64,000 nucleotides of DNA from the human T2T-CHM13v2.0 reference genome, Homo sapiens: assembly GCF_009914755.1 (NCBI RefSeq), contig NC_060925.1. One strand, written 5' to 3'. Shown piece by piece: positions 14,443 to 29,982 of the stretch. The notes beneath the pieces were generated by a model, which saw only the letters and a program-made list of their open reading frames with translations, was not told the DNA's origin and searched no databases. Position 1 is the first letter of the stretch; each line of letters starts with the position of its first letter. The translations under genes were made by a program, and so were the position numbers.

Positions 14443-15508
14443 TTAAAGGTTTAAAACATTTGATATTATGAACTAGAATTCCGGTTTACCATAAGTCATT
14501 CATTTAGCCAAAATGATGACTCAAACATTTTTCAAAAGGCAAAAACCTTTTACTCATTAATAGAAAGAAGACTTACCTTTCCAAATAATCTGTCTTGTGT
14601 ATTCCCCCCTCCCCTTTTTTTTAGTAGTGTATTTAAAAGGCAAACAAAATCTTTCATTATCTTTCAATATTACATGAAAATTTTGTTCAACAGAGAAAGC
14701 CAAATTTCACCCTTGCATTAGTGTACTATTAATGTCAACCACAGTTTTTAATATAACCTCATAGACAAATGTATCCAATCTTAATCAGTTTGACCATAAG
14801 GTGAGATTTTCATAAACCTTTTATAACCCTTTACAAATTTTTGTTAAAAAGCAGATTAGTGCTTTAAGAAAACCCTGTTGTACTTTTATTTTGACGTTCA
14901 ATTTAGGGAAAAAACAAATAATACCCCTTTAAATTTAGTCAATATTTTCACACATAGAATTTCTTTTACAAGGTTAATTTTTACAAACCTTCCACGATTT
15001 CTTTAAACCTTTAATTTAATTTAATTTAAAACAATCCCTTAACCCTCTAAAGTAGGCAAAAATTTATATTCCCATGCCCTCTTATAATCTCTTAACCAAA
15101 AACACATTTCATTTTCCTTACACACCTCGTAAAACCTATTTTTTTCAGTAGTTTCAATTACATGTTATAATGGTAATTCTTAGCAACTTTCACTTTTGGT
15201 GCATAAATTTTCTTTTACGAATCCTTTCACAACTTACACAGAGCATCTATGACATGCTTGGATTTTCTGACTTGTCTTAAACATCCCTCTTTTAAATAAC
15301 CAGTCATTTTACTTCAGGATAAGAATTTAGCTTACAAGACCCTTTCTTATATAAAGTCTCTTTTCTTTACAAACTTCTTTTCATAGCTAGGGGGCATGGC
15401 TAATTCCACATATTCCCAGGCCTTATTTAGAATTTAATGTCTCCAAAATTATTTGAACAATTTTCAAAAGTCAAAGCAGTATATGACCTTAAGGCATTAA
15501 GGAAACCT

Positions 15509-15590
15509 AATATCTGACCTGCATAATTTAGACTAAATACTAAATAATAAATATCTGACCTGCATAATTTAGACTAAACACTAAATACAT
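15509..15590. repeat. 41-bp tandem duplication
   Basis: AATATCTGACCTGCATAATTTAGACTAAA(T/C)ACTAAATA x2. Confidence 0.85.
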
Positions 15591-15604
15591 AAATTTTAGG
15601 CTAA

Positions 15605-15925
<321 letters not shown>

Positions 15926-18149
15926 ATTTTATCAATAATTTTTAAGCTGTTTTTATTTTCCAAAGATTACTAAAGTTACATGAATAAAAGGCATTACAGT
16001 TTTTATTTTAAAATATTTAAGTGCTTATTTTTGTTTAAGCCAATTAGAGCTCTTTTATATAAACATTACACACACAACAACACATATATAACTACACAGA
16101 CAGACTGAAGAAGATTACTACAGTAGTTGTAAGATTTTTTCCCAGTTTTTAAGTTTCTTAATTGGATTATTCACTTTAGGGCGGAGTCCTCGGAGGAACA
16201 GGGCCAGGAAAGGGTCTCTGGTGCCTCCTGTTTTTCCCAAGGAGCTCCAGGCTGTTAGAGCCTGAATATCTGCTTTTAATTAAGCTGACTTTTAACCATA
16301 GAACTCTTTAATAAAGTCTTTCTAAAATTTCTTATTACCTGACTTTAGCCAGGCCAAATGGCTGATATTTCTGGCTTTTAAACTTTACCAAAAGTAACCT
16401 CATAGGTGCTCTGAGAAGGGAAAATTCAAGACAGTTGGTGGAGGGGAAGAGAATTTAAAAATGGCAAAGGTCACCCAAATATTAATCAGAAAGGTTCATC
16501 CCTTAATCTAGGGATTGAACCCTGAACCCGGGCCGCCATTCTGAAAAGAGAAAGCATGGCCACATAATTACAAGGTCAAGCTCCCAAGGACATAACTGAC
16601 CAATTTGCTGAGCCATCTTGTAAAGTGGGCTTATGGGCGTCCTAAGCCTGTGTTCTATCCTAAGGTACCCCTCTTTATGACAGAACAACACAGAAAGACA
16701 CGCAAAGCACACCAGATTTGCTACAGTTTAAGACCAGCCTCACAAATCCTTTCTTCCATTAATCAAAATTTACAGAGGAGATAAACAGTGATTTTTACCA
16801 TTCATTCAATGAGTTTGCACAGAGAGAGAGAGAGAGATCAGAAGTCTGACTGGTAAGAAATTCTTACCCTTTTGCCGGCATACCAGGCTTCTGGGTTCTC
16901 TTTCCCTGAGTGGCCCTAATGACCCAGCTGGCTGCACCATAGTCCTGGGGGCCAAGACACAACACAAAGGAAAATTTTCTTTTTTCATTCTGGCCAGAGC
17001 AAAATATGTGTGATAAAACACAGACATTAGCCACTCTGCTTAGCAGCCAATATCAAACTGGCAAGACTTAAATTTGCCCCCAGATGGGCCCCATTGTCTT
17101 TAATCCAACCTCTGACTAGGAGTTTCAACATATGGTCTCTGGGCAAGATGGTTTCCCTGAGTAACAGAAAAGATAGGAAAGGAAAGGTAGAGAAATAAAA
17201 GTATTACCCATGGCAGGATGGGGAAGGTGAAGAGCTCAGGAAGGCCAGAGCAAGACCGACTCTTTGCAGCAATACTGCAAAGTTCAGGCGGCCGAATGTC
17301 AGTAGCAAAGATGTCTTTTCCAGCAGTCCCATCAGCTCTCAAGTTTCCCCATTTGGGAGGAAAAATCTCCCTATGTGCCACTATCCTGTACATACATGCC
17401 TAATCTTGTCACCCACAACCATCAGCAAAGAGTACAAGGCAAATTATTCCAAAGAGAATAGCAGTTAACATTCCATAGTGCCTAACCCGTTCTTAGCCAA
17501 AAGGGACTTTACTGAGAGCCCTCATTTTAAAATGTACTTCAATGTGTTGCTCATTCAGAACATTCCACTGTAAGTTATCTTTAGTAAGATTTTGCCATTT
17601 CTGTGAGACTTTGCTGCCTCCTAGGCCTAATGTGTAATCCAGAAGGAACTCAGTTTTCCAGAAATTAAGAATCCTATTTTTAACTAAAATATTGGCTTTA
17701 TTCTCAGGTTCTCTTAATTAACTTAGCCAATGATTTTTCCTACTTAAGTGCGCAAGAAAAATGAAACAAAGGGGTAGAACACAAAAATTCCTGTGAATTT
17801 TCAAAAGCCAAATTTTATAACCCCTGCAATATTACTGCTTACTACCAGTTTGTTTCTGACTCAGTCATATGTAAAAGGCCTCTAACTGGATCAAAGCCAG
17901 TTAATTCCCGGATCAAATCCATTCCTGTACCCAGCCCAGTTTGTGTCATGACTTCCAAACCCAGTTTGAATCAGGAATTTGCTCAAAGAAACTCAGAGAG
18001 CTCAAAACACAAATCTGTGGAGCTCTGAAATCTGAGAGCTTACCCACAATCCTCAGCTGCTCCAAGAGATCAGTGGACACAAGTGGGTCCTGCAGGTACC
18101 ATGCATATTCACTCAGCACTCCTGGGGGTTGCTAGAGGCTCTACCTCGA

Positions 18150-18167
18150 ATCCCACTTCTGACACAA
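18150..18167 (-). other. Primer-binding site complementary to the tRNA-Leu 3' end
   Basis: Plus strand CGAATCCCACTTCTGACACAA matches tRNA-Leu 3' ...CGAAUCCCACUUCUGACACCA at all but one base; lies 2 nt from the 5' LTR. Confidence 0.8.
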
Positions 18168-18169
18168 CC

Positions 18170-18592
18170 TGATAAAAGAAAAACTTCAGCCAAATTAAAT
18201 TTAAAGGAGTTTAACTGAGCAATGAATGATTTGTGAATTGGGCAGCCCCCAGAATCACAGCAGATTCACAGAGACTCCACTGCAGCCACATGGTGGAAGA
18301 AGATTTATAGACAAAAAAAGGGAAATGACGTACACAAATCGAAAGTGAGGTACAGAACGGTTGGATTGGTTACAGGTTAGCCTTTGCCTTATTTGAACAC
18401 AGTTTGAACACTCAGCAGGGTATGAATGGTTGAAGTATGGCATCTGGGATTGGCCCAGACTTAGCTATTGTTACAGGCACATACTCCTAAGTTTTCGATC
18501 TTGTCTACCTATTAAGCTAGGTTGCAGTTCATCCACAAAAACTTAAATATAGAAGTATAGAGCCCTCAGGCCATATTTAGTTCACTTTAACA
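18170..18592 (-). repeat. 5' LTR (MER57B-like)
   Basis: TGATAAAAGAAAAACTTCAGCC...TTTAGTTCACTTTAACA followed by TSD CACT. Confidence 0.85.
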
Positions 18593-18819
18593 CACTCTTC
18601 TGTGCATTCTGAATTATAATCCTCATTTCTTCTCATTCCCAAGTAAACTCAACATATTTAGAGATAATTTTCTCTACTTTTTTTTTTAGGTTGACAGTTT
18701 CAAAGCAGTTTGCAGGGATTTCTCTTTGTCTTTAAAAACTCCCTTTTGTCCTGATTTTCCTCAGGTGGGCTATGACTTTCGTAGATGCTGAGTGGATTAA
18801 AACAAAGAGTTTTTCACAT

Positions 18820-20189
18820 TATACTCTCAGAACACACTTTTTTTAAAAAAAAATCTTTAATCATTGGCTATCACAACATGCTTCTGACACCAGATGGGGA
18901 TTTCTCCCCACACACTAAGCAAGCAATCAGTTCTGCAGCGGATAGCAGCTCGGTTTCCTTTGTTCAGTTCGACTCTACTTGAATGCCAATCACAAGCCCC
19001 AGGTTGCTTTAGCTGTATTCTGGCCTACCAGCTATAAAGTATGGATCCTAGGACCCCCTTTGGATTTGATTAATTTGCTAGAGCAGCTCACAGAATTCAA
19101 ACACTTAGGTTTCCTGGTTTATTATAAAGCATACAGATGAACGGATGCACAGGGCGAGTTATGGGGCTGAAAGCTCCACGCTTTCTGTGGGTCAGCCACC
19201 CTCCATGAACCTCCACGTGTTCAGCTACCCAAGCTCTCCAAACCTAGTCTTTTTGGGGTGTTTATGGAGGCTTCATTACTTAGGCATGATTGACTAAATC
19301 ACTGGCCATAGGTACTCAGTTTAACCTTCAGTCCCTTTCCCCTCCCCAGACATGGGGAGGTGGGGATGAGGCTGAAAATTCCAATCCTGCCTTGATCTTT
19401 TCAGTGACCAGCCCCATTCTGAAGCTACCTAGGGGCTGCCAGCCACCAGTCAACTCATTAGCATACAAAAAATCACTTACTTATAGAGATTTCAAGGACT
19501 TCAGGTGTTGTATGCCAGGAAAGACCTTTCACCCTCAAGATTTGCTGAAAATCATCTGACAAAACAGCGATGAATATATATGACACACAAATTTATTAAT
19601 ATGATGGGAGAAAATCTCAGAGTGACTACCCCACCACTGAGTGGGGTACAGATGGTTACTTGCCCTTAAGGGCAAGGGAGATGGGGAAGCATAAATGATT
19701 TTAGGAGCTCAGTAAATGATTTTTAGGGGAGTTCAATGGGCTTGAAGAACATACAATGGCCTCCACGAAGTCTGTTGGGCTCAGAGGGTAGACGGTGGTT
19801 TGTGACATCTGTCCAGGTGGACTGACTTCAGACTTTCTCCCTGCAATATGAATTCAGTTAATAAAAACTCAGGGAAGGGACCAGAGATAATTGTTTCCTT
19901 CTTTAGGCAGATAAGGGAGCTTCAGAGAACAACTTTATCCTGTGCTTTGGGAGAGACAGAGAATTGGGAGACATGAGGTGGGGAAGGTCAGAGAGACCTT
20001 GCAGCTTCTTCATTTCTGCATGTCAAAGCGCCATATTTTGGGGATATCTGTTTCTGAGCCCCCAAAATGGAGACAAAGCCTAAATATGTATATTTCACAA
20101 TATCATACATGCATACCTTTGGTTGCAATCTTTTGCTATTCTCAAATAAAATGTTTTCTTTTAGGAAGCCAGTCTTTCTAAGGCTGACA
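18820..20189. mobile_element. MER21-like LTR (~18820-19520) plus further ERV LTR fragments
   Basis: GATTAATTTGCTAGAGCAGCTCACAGAA and GGAGGCTTCATTACTTAGGCATGATTGAC motifs shared with 30956-32570; block ends ...AGGCTGACA. Confidence 0.6.
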
Positions 20190-20367
20190 ACCCAAGGGGG
20201 TGGCATGGGTTGACTTAAGCCAGGCCTGCACAGTGGTGACCTAAGTCACTGCAGGGGCAAGTGGGGTGGGCCAGTGCAGAGCTGTGACATAAGCAGGTGA
20301 CTTTCCCTATCAGAACTTTCAGTTAAGTCACTTCCATGGAAGAAGGGGCTCTTCTATGAAGAGCCTC

Positions 20368-20824
20368 TGTAACAGTACTGACTCCATGTTAGAGGAAAGC
20401 TTGCTTGCTTGAATACAATTATTGCTTTGCTTGAGTCTTTAGATTATTCACTAAAAACAGCCTCAGAAAAAGAGGACCTTCAACAGAGATTTTTTAAAAT
20501 GTGCCAACCAACAGCTCTGGGAATGAATTGGCCGGCCTGACCATACCCACAGAAGGCCACAAAGCATTGACCAAGAAGGCAAGGATTAAATGCCCACCTG
20601 AGAATGCCCACGTTTCACAAGAATGTTTTCATTATTCTCCCTAATTTCCCTTAAAAACCCCTGATTTAGAAGCATGACTCAGAAAGGTGATCTTTGAACC
20701 CTAGTTCACTGCCTTCCCTGGGTTGCTGGCTTCTTGAATAAAGCTAACTTTCCTTTCACCAAAGCTTGTCTCTTGAGTTTTTGCCTTTCAAGCTACAAGT
20801 GGCCCAGACCTGAGTTCAGTTACA
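20368..20824 (+). mobile_element. ERV1 solo LTR (457 bp)
   Basis: TGTAAC...GTTACA inverted termini; AATAAA at ~20737; perfect TSD CCTC (20364-20367, 20825-20828). Confidence 0.8.
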
Positions 20825-21070
20825 CCTCTGCTAGCAACAGCCAGCACCACCAATGAACAAACACTGCCTGCAATAAGCCCCTGTGAACAGTAATTTATGT
20901 TTCAAAATATCTTACATGCACTTACTCTTTTTTGCCTTCAAAAGCTTCCTCTTGCCCCAACCCCTCAAATATGCTTATGGTCCACAAAAGCACATGCATC
21001 TCAGATTGCAATTCCTTGGCTATTAGCAAGTAAACTCTTTGTTTTGAGAACTGGTCTCTCTTGCTCATTT

Positions 21071-21735
21071 TGATACTGTAGGTAGTTAGGCAGACATGAG
21101 CAGGGCAGGAGAGGCCCTCCCCCAAACCAGGAATGTCAGACAATCACCAGGTGATAATCAGGCAGTTGCTAAACTGTTGCTTTAAAATAATTGATTGCAG
21201 CTGGTGCCAGGGAAAGCTGTCTCCTAATAGATAGATAACACCTGAAGCTGTTAATCAGCAGCTTCCAAATAAGATCTTAGGAGTTGGGTGAGTGGGGTCA
21301 AGCATGAGCACTAAGAGGCAAAATGGCAGAGTTTAACTGGTGTATGACCTTCCTCTAGGAACACTCAACTGGTAAGGGAAGAATGCCTCAGATGAGCATG
21401 CATACAACTCCAGTAAACACACTGTGCATGTGGCCCCTCCCAAGTGCTGGCAGGCCACTGAGCATGTAGACCGCCCACCCTAAGGGAAGAATCAGGGGAG
21501 AAGAGATGCAAGATCTCAGAAACATGCCAATGTATAAGACCCCAAGTCAAAGGTCAAATCGTGCACTTGAATCTCTCAAGTTGCCCTCATGGTCCTCTTT
21601 CGAGTGTACTTTACTTCCTTTCGTTCCTGCTCTAGAACTTTTTAATAATAAACTTTCATTCCTGCTCTAAAATTTGCCTTGGTGTGTCAAGAATTCAGGT
21701 TGGTGCAGACCCATACAGATTCACCACTGCTAACA
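21071..21735 (+). mobile_element. MER50-like solo LTR
   Basis: TG...AGGTAGTTAGGCAGACATGAGCAGGGCAGGAGAGG...GCTAACA; perfect TSD ATTT (21067-21070, 21736-21739). Confidence 0.8.
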
Positions 21736-22799
21736 ATTTCAGGTTGACACAGAAAGGAGGAGCTTTTCCCAGATCGGCAACCTCTGGAACCATATGCAGT
21801 ACCCACCTGAGTCCATTGCACTCTCAGCTTCCATGAGTAATCTTTATTCTGTGTGGTTTAGTTCTATCTTGTATTCAAACTCCCTTTTGGTTGAACTCTC
21901 TGACTTTATTCAGGATTTGTTTCTATTGACACTGCGTCCTTTCTTGTGTGTTCTGCACTGGAACAGCCTACATGCAAAAGGCCGGGGGAGCTGAGAGGCT
22001 GAAGAAAGAGGCTGAAAAATCTGAAATCTCAGAAAAAAAAATTTGATAGAGACTTATGTACAAAAGCCATGACTCAGGCAGCCTGCAGACAGTGGATCCC
22101 TGCTCTGTTACCCCCCAGACCCAGGCCTTCATAAGGAAGGAATATGTAGGGCAATTGAAGTCAACCCCGCAGGGAAAGACAAGAATTTTCCAAAAGGCAG
22201 GATTTATGATCATGTTTATGATAATGTGAAGAGATTGTTTTGACATATACCAGGATGTGCGGTGAGTCCACACTCCTACACGTCCTAGAACTGGGGTTAA
22301 TCAGAAGTAAGCATGGAAGACTAGCATCCAAGATGGAGGTGCTTTAGCCTGCACATGGTGAGTATTCTTTTGGTTTCATTTTTGGCTGCTTGCATGCAAA
22401 TTAGACCTTTTCCCCTTGTTTTCATTGTTTCTAAACATCGTTTGAGAGCAAAATAACACAACATTGTTGTACACGGTTGAACACTTAAGAGCCACTGGGG
22501 TTCTCACCACCATTTTATAACAGATTCGAGTCTCCAAAGTCAAAGACTCCTTTGAAAGGACAAACTGGTCAGATACAGGCAATATTACCACTGGGGGCAT
22601 ACCAGTTTCAAGAAAATTTCTGTGTAACAAGGGCTCCGTGGTCACAGGTCAGACAACTTAGGGCAAAGGCCATCCACCAAGCAAAACAAGTATCCTGTGA
22701 AAGGCATACTTGTGAAAGCAGAACACTTTGTTCAAGAGTTAGTTTCCTCAAAGGACCAATAGGATTTTCTTTTTGCTTTTGAGAGATTAAGAAAGAGAA

Positions 22800-23980
22800 T
22801 GGGATTCCCAAATTCTAAAGCATGCAGGGCAACCCTCCTTCAGGACCCCAGCCAGCTCCATGTCCAGACATTCAGGATCACCCTTGTGCACCCTTTTAAA
22901 CCAATGGGCAAATTACACTAAGGATAATTTGGAGCTCCAATGGCCATTTGCAGATCAAACTTCTGAAGCTTACTTTTCTGAGAACTAAATTAGGAGACCG
23001 TGGCTATAGGGTCAGTCTTAATGGGAGACATATTACAATTGGCATCTTGAGGCTTCAAATCACATTCAGGACTCAAAAATTACCTCTATACAAAACACTG
23101 TCTCAAAGCCAGTTGAGACAAGTAAACAATTAAAAGAGGCAAAAAAAAAAAAAAAACAAAACAAAACAAAAAAAAAAAAAACCTTAGAGGACCAGACTCT
23201 CTCCTCCCTGGAACCTCCTCCCCGACTTCCTACAGCCCTTCCTATGAGCACTGATGACCCAGCTAAATCCCAAGTCTCCTATGTTCCTTTGACCAAGACT
23301 TGGACTAAGGCTGAACTCGGAGCCATTGCCAAGGAATTCCTAAAAGTTACTGAAGACTGTAACTCATTTGCTGATGAATTCAACATGGTAATCCAGGCCT
23401 ATCAGTCTGGCTTTCCCAGTCTATAACAGCTGCTTCATACACTTGTTGATGAAGGCCAAGCCCAACATTGGATGGCTAAAGCTAACTGGACCCCACCTGA
23501 ACTAGACAAACGCCCCAATACTGGGAACAAGCTCACAATCTAAAGACCCACAGAGCTATTCTTAAGTTTTCCTTAAAGCCATAGACTGGAACAAGATTCA
23601 ACTTGTACCCAAAACCAAATGAACAAGTTCAGAATTATTACAGTGTTACAGTTGACTCCGCATCATCTTTAAGGACAATTCTAGACTTCTGTAAATGTTT
23701 ATTCTACCCAAGTAGCCTTTAATTCTATGTTTGTGAATGGCCTAACTTGAGAGCTTTCCCAGCTTGTTAAAATAATCCACATGGAATGCGGAGGCATGTC
23801 CACTCCACATTTAGTAAGGTTGGCCAATCAGCCCCATGAGGATACCAATAAAAAGAAAATTATCAAAATCCTCAACCACCAGCTGCAACAAACAGAAGCC
23901 CCCAAACAAAATCCTCCTGGCCCCTACCATTATTATAAAAAACTGGACACTGGAAGAGAGGTTGCTATAAGTTAAAGAGA
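22800..23980 (+). pseudogene. ERV gag remnant
   Basis: WTKAELGAIAKEFLKVTED...FADEFNMVIQAYQSGFPSL (ORF 23244-23426) is capsid-like; decayed CCHC knuckle near 23925-23965; many stops and frameshifts. Confidence 0.65.
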
Positions 23981-24022
23981 GTTAAATGACCCCTCCCTCA
24001 AAACCCTCAAGGTGTATATTCC

Positions 24023-24780
<758 letters not shown>

Positions 24781-25481
24781 ACTCCCAGTAATGGGACTCC
24801 AGCGAATTGTAGGGATTCTTCTCATCCTTCCCCACAACCATGTTAGGGAAATAACTCTTAAGATCAAGAATGAGGTCCTAACTGTCCTTATAGTTACTGG
24901 AGCCACATTTCCAGGGCTCAACTCCACTAACCTCAACCAGCCTCTGCTTTGGAGTAAATACAAATAGTTTTGAGTCTATAACAAACCTCAAGCTGTCTTT
25001 GTAGTCCTATCCTTTTCTGCCTCAGTCTCTTACAGGATCTCTTTTGTTCTTAGTAATTCAGCCCCGGTCCACATTCTTGGCCAACACTTTTTTTAAAAAA
25101 TCTTTTTTATATTAAGAGAGATGGGTTTTTGCCATGTTGGCCAGGCTGGTCTTGAACTCCTAGCCTCAAGTGATCTGCCTGTCTTGGCCTCCCAAAGTGC
25201 TGGGATTACAGGCATGAGCCAGAGTGCCTGGCCTGCAAACAAACATCATGCAGGACTTTCTTTCTCCCAAAAGGGGAAAATAATTTTGGGATTTGACAAA
25301 CTAGGTCAAACTGACTCAATCCTGCAACTTCCTGACTCTTTAAATACCTCAAACAAGGAAGATCTATTGGTCATAAAATCCATCACTGCAGATTATAAGG
25401 CACAAGGTCTTGTAATGTCGTGTACCAAAGTTCTTTAACACTCCAATTGTGCCAGTAAAGAAACTTAATGGTTCTGAGTAG

Positions 25482-25940
<459 letters not shown>

Positions 25941-26531
25941 TAGCCAGGATGGTCTCGATCTCCTGACCTTGTGATTAGCCCGCCTTGGCCTCCCAAAGTG
26001 CTGGGATTACAGGCGTGAGCCACCACACCTGGCCCTTACTTTCCAAATTCTAAAGGCCAACCTGAAGGATGTCACTTTCCTCATGGGTCCACTCTACTGC
26101 AATATGTGGATGACCTCCACTGTTCTCCCTCACAGGCAGCATGTGAGGAAGACAGTGTACCCTTGTTAAAACTCCTAGCTGGTAAAGTCCATTAAGTTTC
26201 TAAGGAAAAATTACAACTGGTAAAAACCCAGGAAAAGTATTTAGGCCACCTAATTTCAGGAAGTGGACCACACTCAGACCCAGGCTGCATACAAGACATT
26301 TTATAATTCCCTATAATCCCTATAATTCCGTATAAATCTAGAACTGAGCACCAGCTTTGTGGATTTCTTGGGTTTGCTGGATCCCCAGGTCTTCTCTTCT
26401 GGCTCAGTGCCTCTGCTAAAACCAGTAAACCAGACCCCATTGTTTGGGAAGACACAGAAGATGTGGCTTTTGACAAGCTAAACAGGGAATTTTATTAAAT
26501 TCCCCAGCCTTGGGACACCCTAATTAGCAAC

Positions 26532-26947
26532 TGCTATGGTTTGAATGTTTGTCCCCTTCAAAACTCATGTTGAAACTTAATCCTCAATACAGCAGTATTG
26601 AGAAGTATCGCCTTTAGGAGGTGATTAGATCATAAGGGTTCTGCTCTTGTGAATGGGTTAATCTATCCATGGATTTGGGGATTGATGGGTTAATGGATTA
26701 CTGAGCTATCCTGGGAGTGAGACTGCTGTCTTCATAAGAGGAAGAGAGACCACCCCCCTCACCATATGATGTCCCGAGCCACCTCCCTTAGGACTCTGCA
26801 GGGAGTCCCCACCAGCAAGAAGGCCCTCACCAGATATGCCCCCTTGACTTTGGACTTCCTAGCCTCCAGAACTGTGAGAAATAAATTCTTTTTCTTTATA
26901 AATTGCCCAGTCTCAGGTATTCAGTCACATCAACAGGAGACTAAGGC
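26532..26947. mobile_element. MST-type MaLR LTR inserted in pol
   Basis: TGCTATGGTTTGAATGTTTGTCCCC...CCTCCAGAACTGTGAGAAATAAATT...GACTAAG; GCAAC on both flanks. Confidence 0.8.
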
Positions 26948-26960
26948 AACTCCTCTTCTT

Positions 26961-26992
26961 CACTTGATCTTAGCCAAAAGGCCGAGAAGCGA
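26961..26992 (-). pseudogene. U2 snRNA 5' fragment (truncated retrocopy)
   Basis: Reverse complement TCGCTTCTCGGCCTTTTGGCTAAGATCAAGTG = U2 snRNA nt ~2-33. Confidence 0.85.
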
Positions 26993-27172
26993 CACAACCC
27001 CCAATTTTTCCTTTCTGTACATGAAAAAGAAGGAAGCACCCTGGCAGTTTTAACTGAGAAGCACGCAGCTGGCCATGGCTGGGGGGCTGAGGTGGGAGGA
27101 TCACTTAAGACAGGAGTCTGGGACTAGGCTTAGCAACATAACGAGACCCCCCCCCCCCCCACAAAAAAATTA

Positions 27173-27521
<349 letters not shown>

Positions 27522-27653
27522 CTAGCCACCTCACCTTTTATGAGACCCTTCTGTTAACCACTCCCCATATTACTTTCTCTTGCTGTAATAAACTTAATCC
27601 CACCACTCTCCTTCCTCTCTACTCTGGGATGAGATGCCACTGTCTGATTTTAG

Positions 27654-27905
<252 letters not shown>

Positions 27906-29622
27906 TGATTCGCCCGCCTCAGCCTCCCGAAGTGCTGGAATTACAGGCGTGAGCCAACGCGCCCGGCCAGTGGATCATCTTTTGATTTCCCGAAAGGATT
28001 TACAGAAAACTCCCCTGGACTATGTGAAACTATCCCGGTTCACAGATAGCTCATACCTGCAGGATGATCGCGGTGAATATCCTGCAGGTCATGCTACGCC
28101 CACTTGCTTTGAGGTTGGGAAAGCAGCCTCTTGACCTTCAGCCACTTGAGCCCAGCAGGTGGAGCTATTTGCCCTCACTGGAGCCTGCTTTCTCGCTAAG
28201 GGGAAATCTGCTAACCATTACACAGATAGCAGGTAAGTATTTGGAGTTGCTCATGATTTTGGAATGTTGTGGAAACAGGTTTCCTCACTTTCAATAATGA
28301 ACCTTATGATTTATTATATGCAATACAAATACCTGCTGCTGTGGCCATGATAAAGGTTCCAGGCCATTTGAAACTAGACTCCGTGGAGGCTAGAGGATAC
28401 TACCTTGCTGAGAATGTTGCTAAGAATGCTGCCCTTAAGAGTCCTACGGATTTCTCACAGTTCTGGAGGCTAGGAAGTCCAAAGTCAAGGGGGCATATCT
28501 GGTGAGGGCCTTCTTGCTGGTGGGGACTCCCTGCAGAGTCCTAAGGGAGGTGGCTCGGGACATCATATGGTGAGGGGGGTGGTCTCTCTTCCTCTTATGA
28601 AGACATAAGGTGTAATTTTCCAGCTGGAAAGATTTTCAAAGGATGATCTTAGAACCATGACTAAAGATGAACATTATCCAGCACCAGAGGCCAAAAAAAC
28701 CACAACGGGAAAAATACAGGCTGATGGTTCAGTGATAGAGAGGAACTCTGGTGTGGACCAAGTAAAAGGCCTGTCCTTTTACTTTTACCTGTACTTTTCT
28801 CCATGAAATTTCTGTTAAGTATTATGCATGAATTGAGCCATGGGGCTATGGAAAAGAGGATCACCTTTATGAATAGTACTGGTGGGGCCACGTCAATGGA
28901 CTTGCTAAAAAGGGCTTACCTGACCTGCCAGACCTGCTTTGAAATCAATGCTGGAAAGCCAGTGTGAACAGCCCTTGGCCATTCTGACCTGCCTAATGGG
29001 CCACTCAGGGTTTGGCAGATGGACTTTATCCAGACACTTTCTTCACATGGGTATAAATATGTCTTAAGTAAGTTAGCATACTGAAACATTAGTTACTAAG
29101 CATAAGTTTAAACACTTTGGCATCGTGTTTTTATATGGTATAGAAAAGCTAAGTGCATTTAGGTCTAGTAACATGAAATATTGTTTCCAGAAATTATGAA
29201 ATGGTGAATGCTGATATAAGTTCACCACAATGCTTGCTAGTGTTCTAGAAATTAAGATTCTAACAGTTAAAAGTTGTAATAACATATGGGATTAAACTAC
29301 TAGAAAGAAAACAACTCTGTCTGCAAGGAAAAAAAGATGTGTTTGATAAGCAAAGATATGAATAACACATTTTTGTTTAACAAAGGGGTTATAAATGGTT
29401 TGTGGAAATTTTGTGTTATCAAACCTGACTGAAACTGAATGGATTTATTTGAATGGTTTTATTAAAATTAGCTTTAGCATTAATAGTACACTGGTGCAAA
29501 AGTAGTATTTGCTCTTTGTTAAGATGACAAAGTTTTCTTGGAGTATTGGTCTGAGAATGTGAAGGATTCTTTTTCCTTTCAATTGGTGTAGGAAAAAAAG
29601 ATTTTGTGTTTCATCAAGATAA

Positions 29623-29982
<360 letters not shown>

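Larger units (their letters stand above)
20306..21749 (+). mobile_element. MER39/MER34-like LTR hosting two nested solo LTRs
   Basis: Host resumes after each insert and ends ...GCTCATTT[insert]CAGGTTGACA. Confidence 0.6.

Noticed and set aside
18146-18167. tRNA-Leu gene
   Set aside because: Only the 3' ~20 nt match, adjacent to an LTR; it is a primer-binding site
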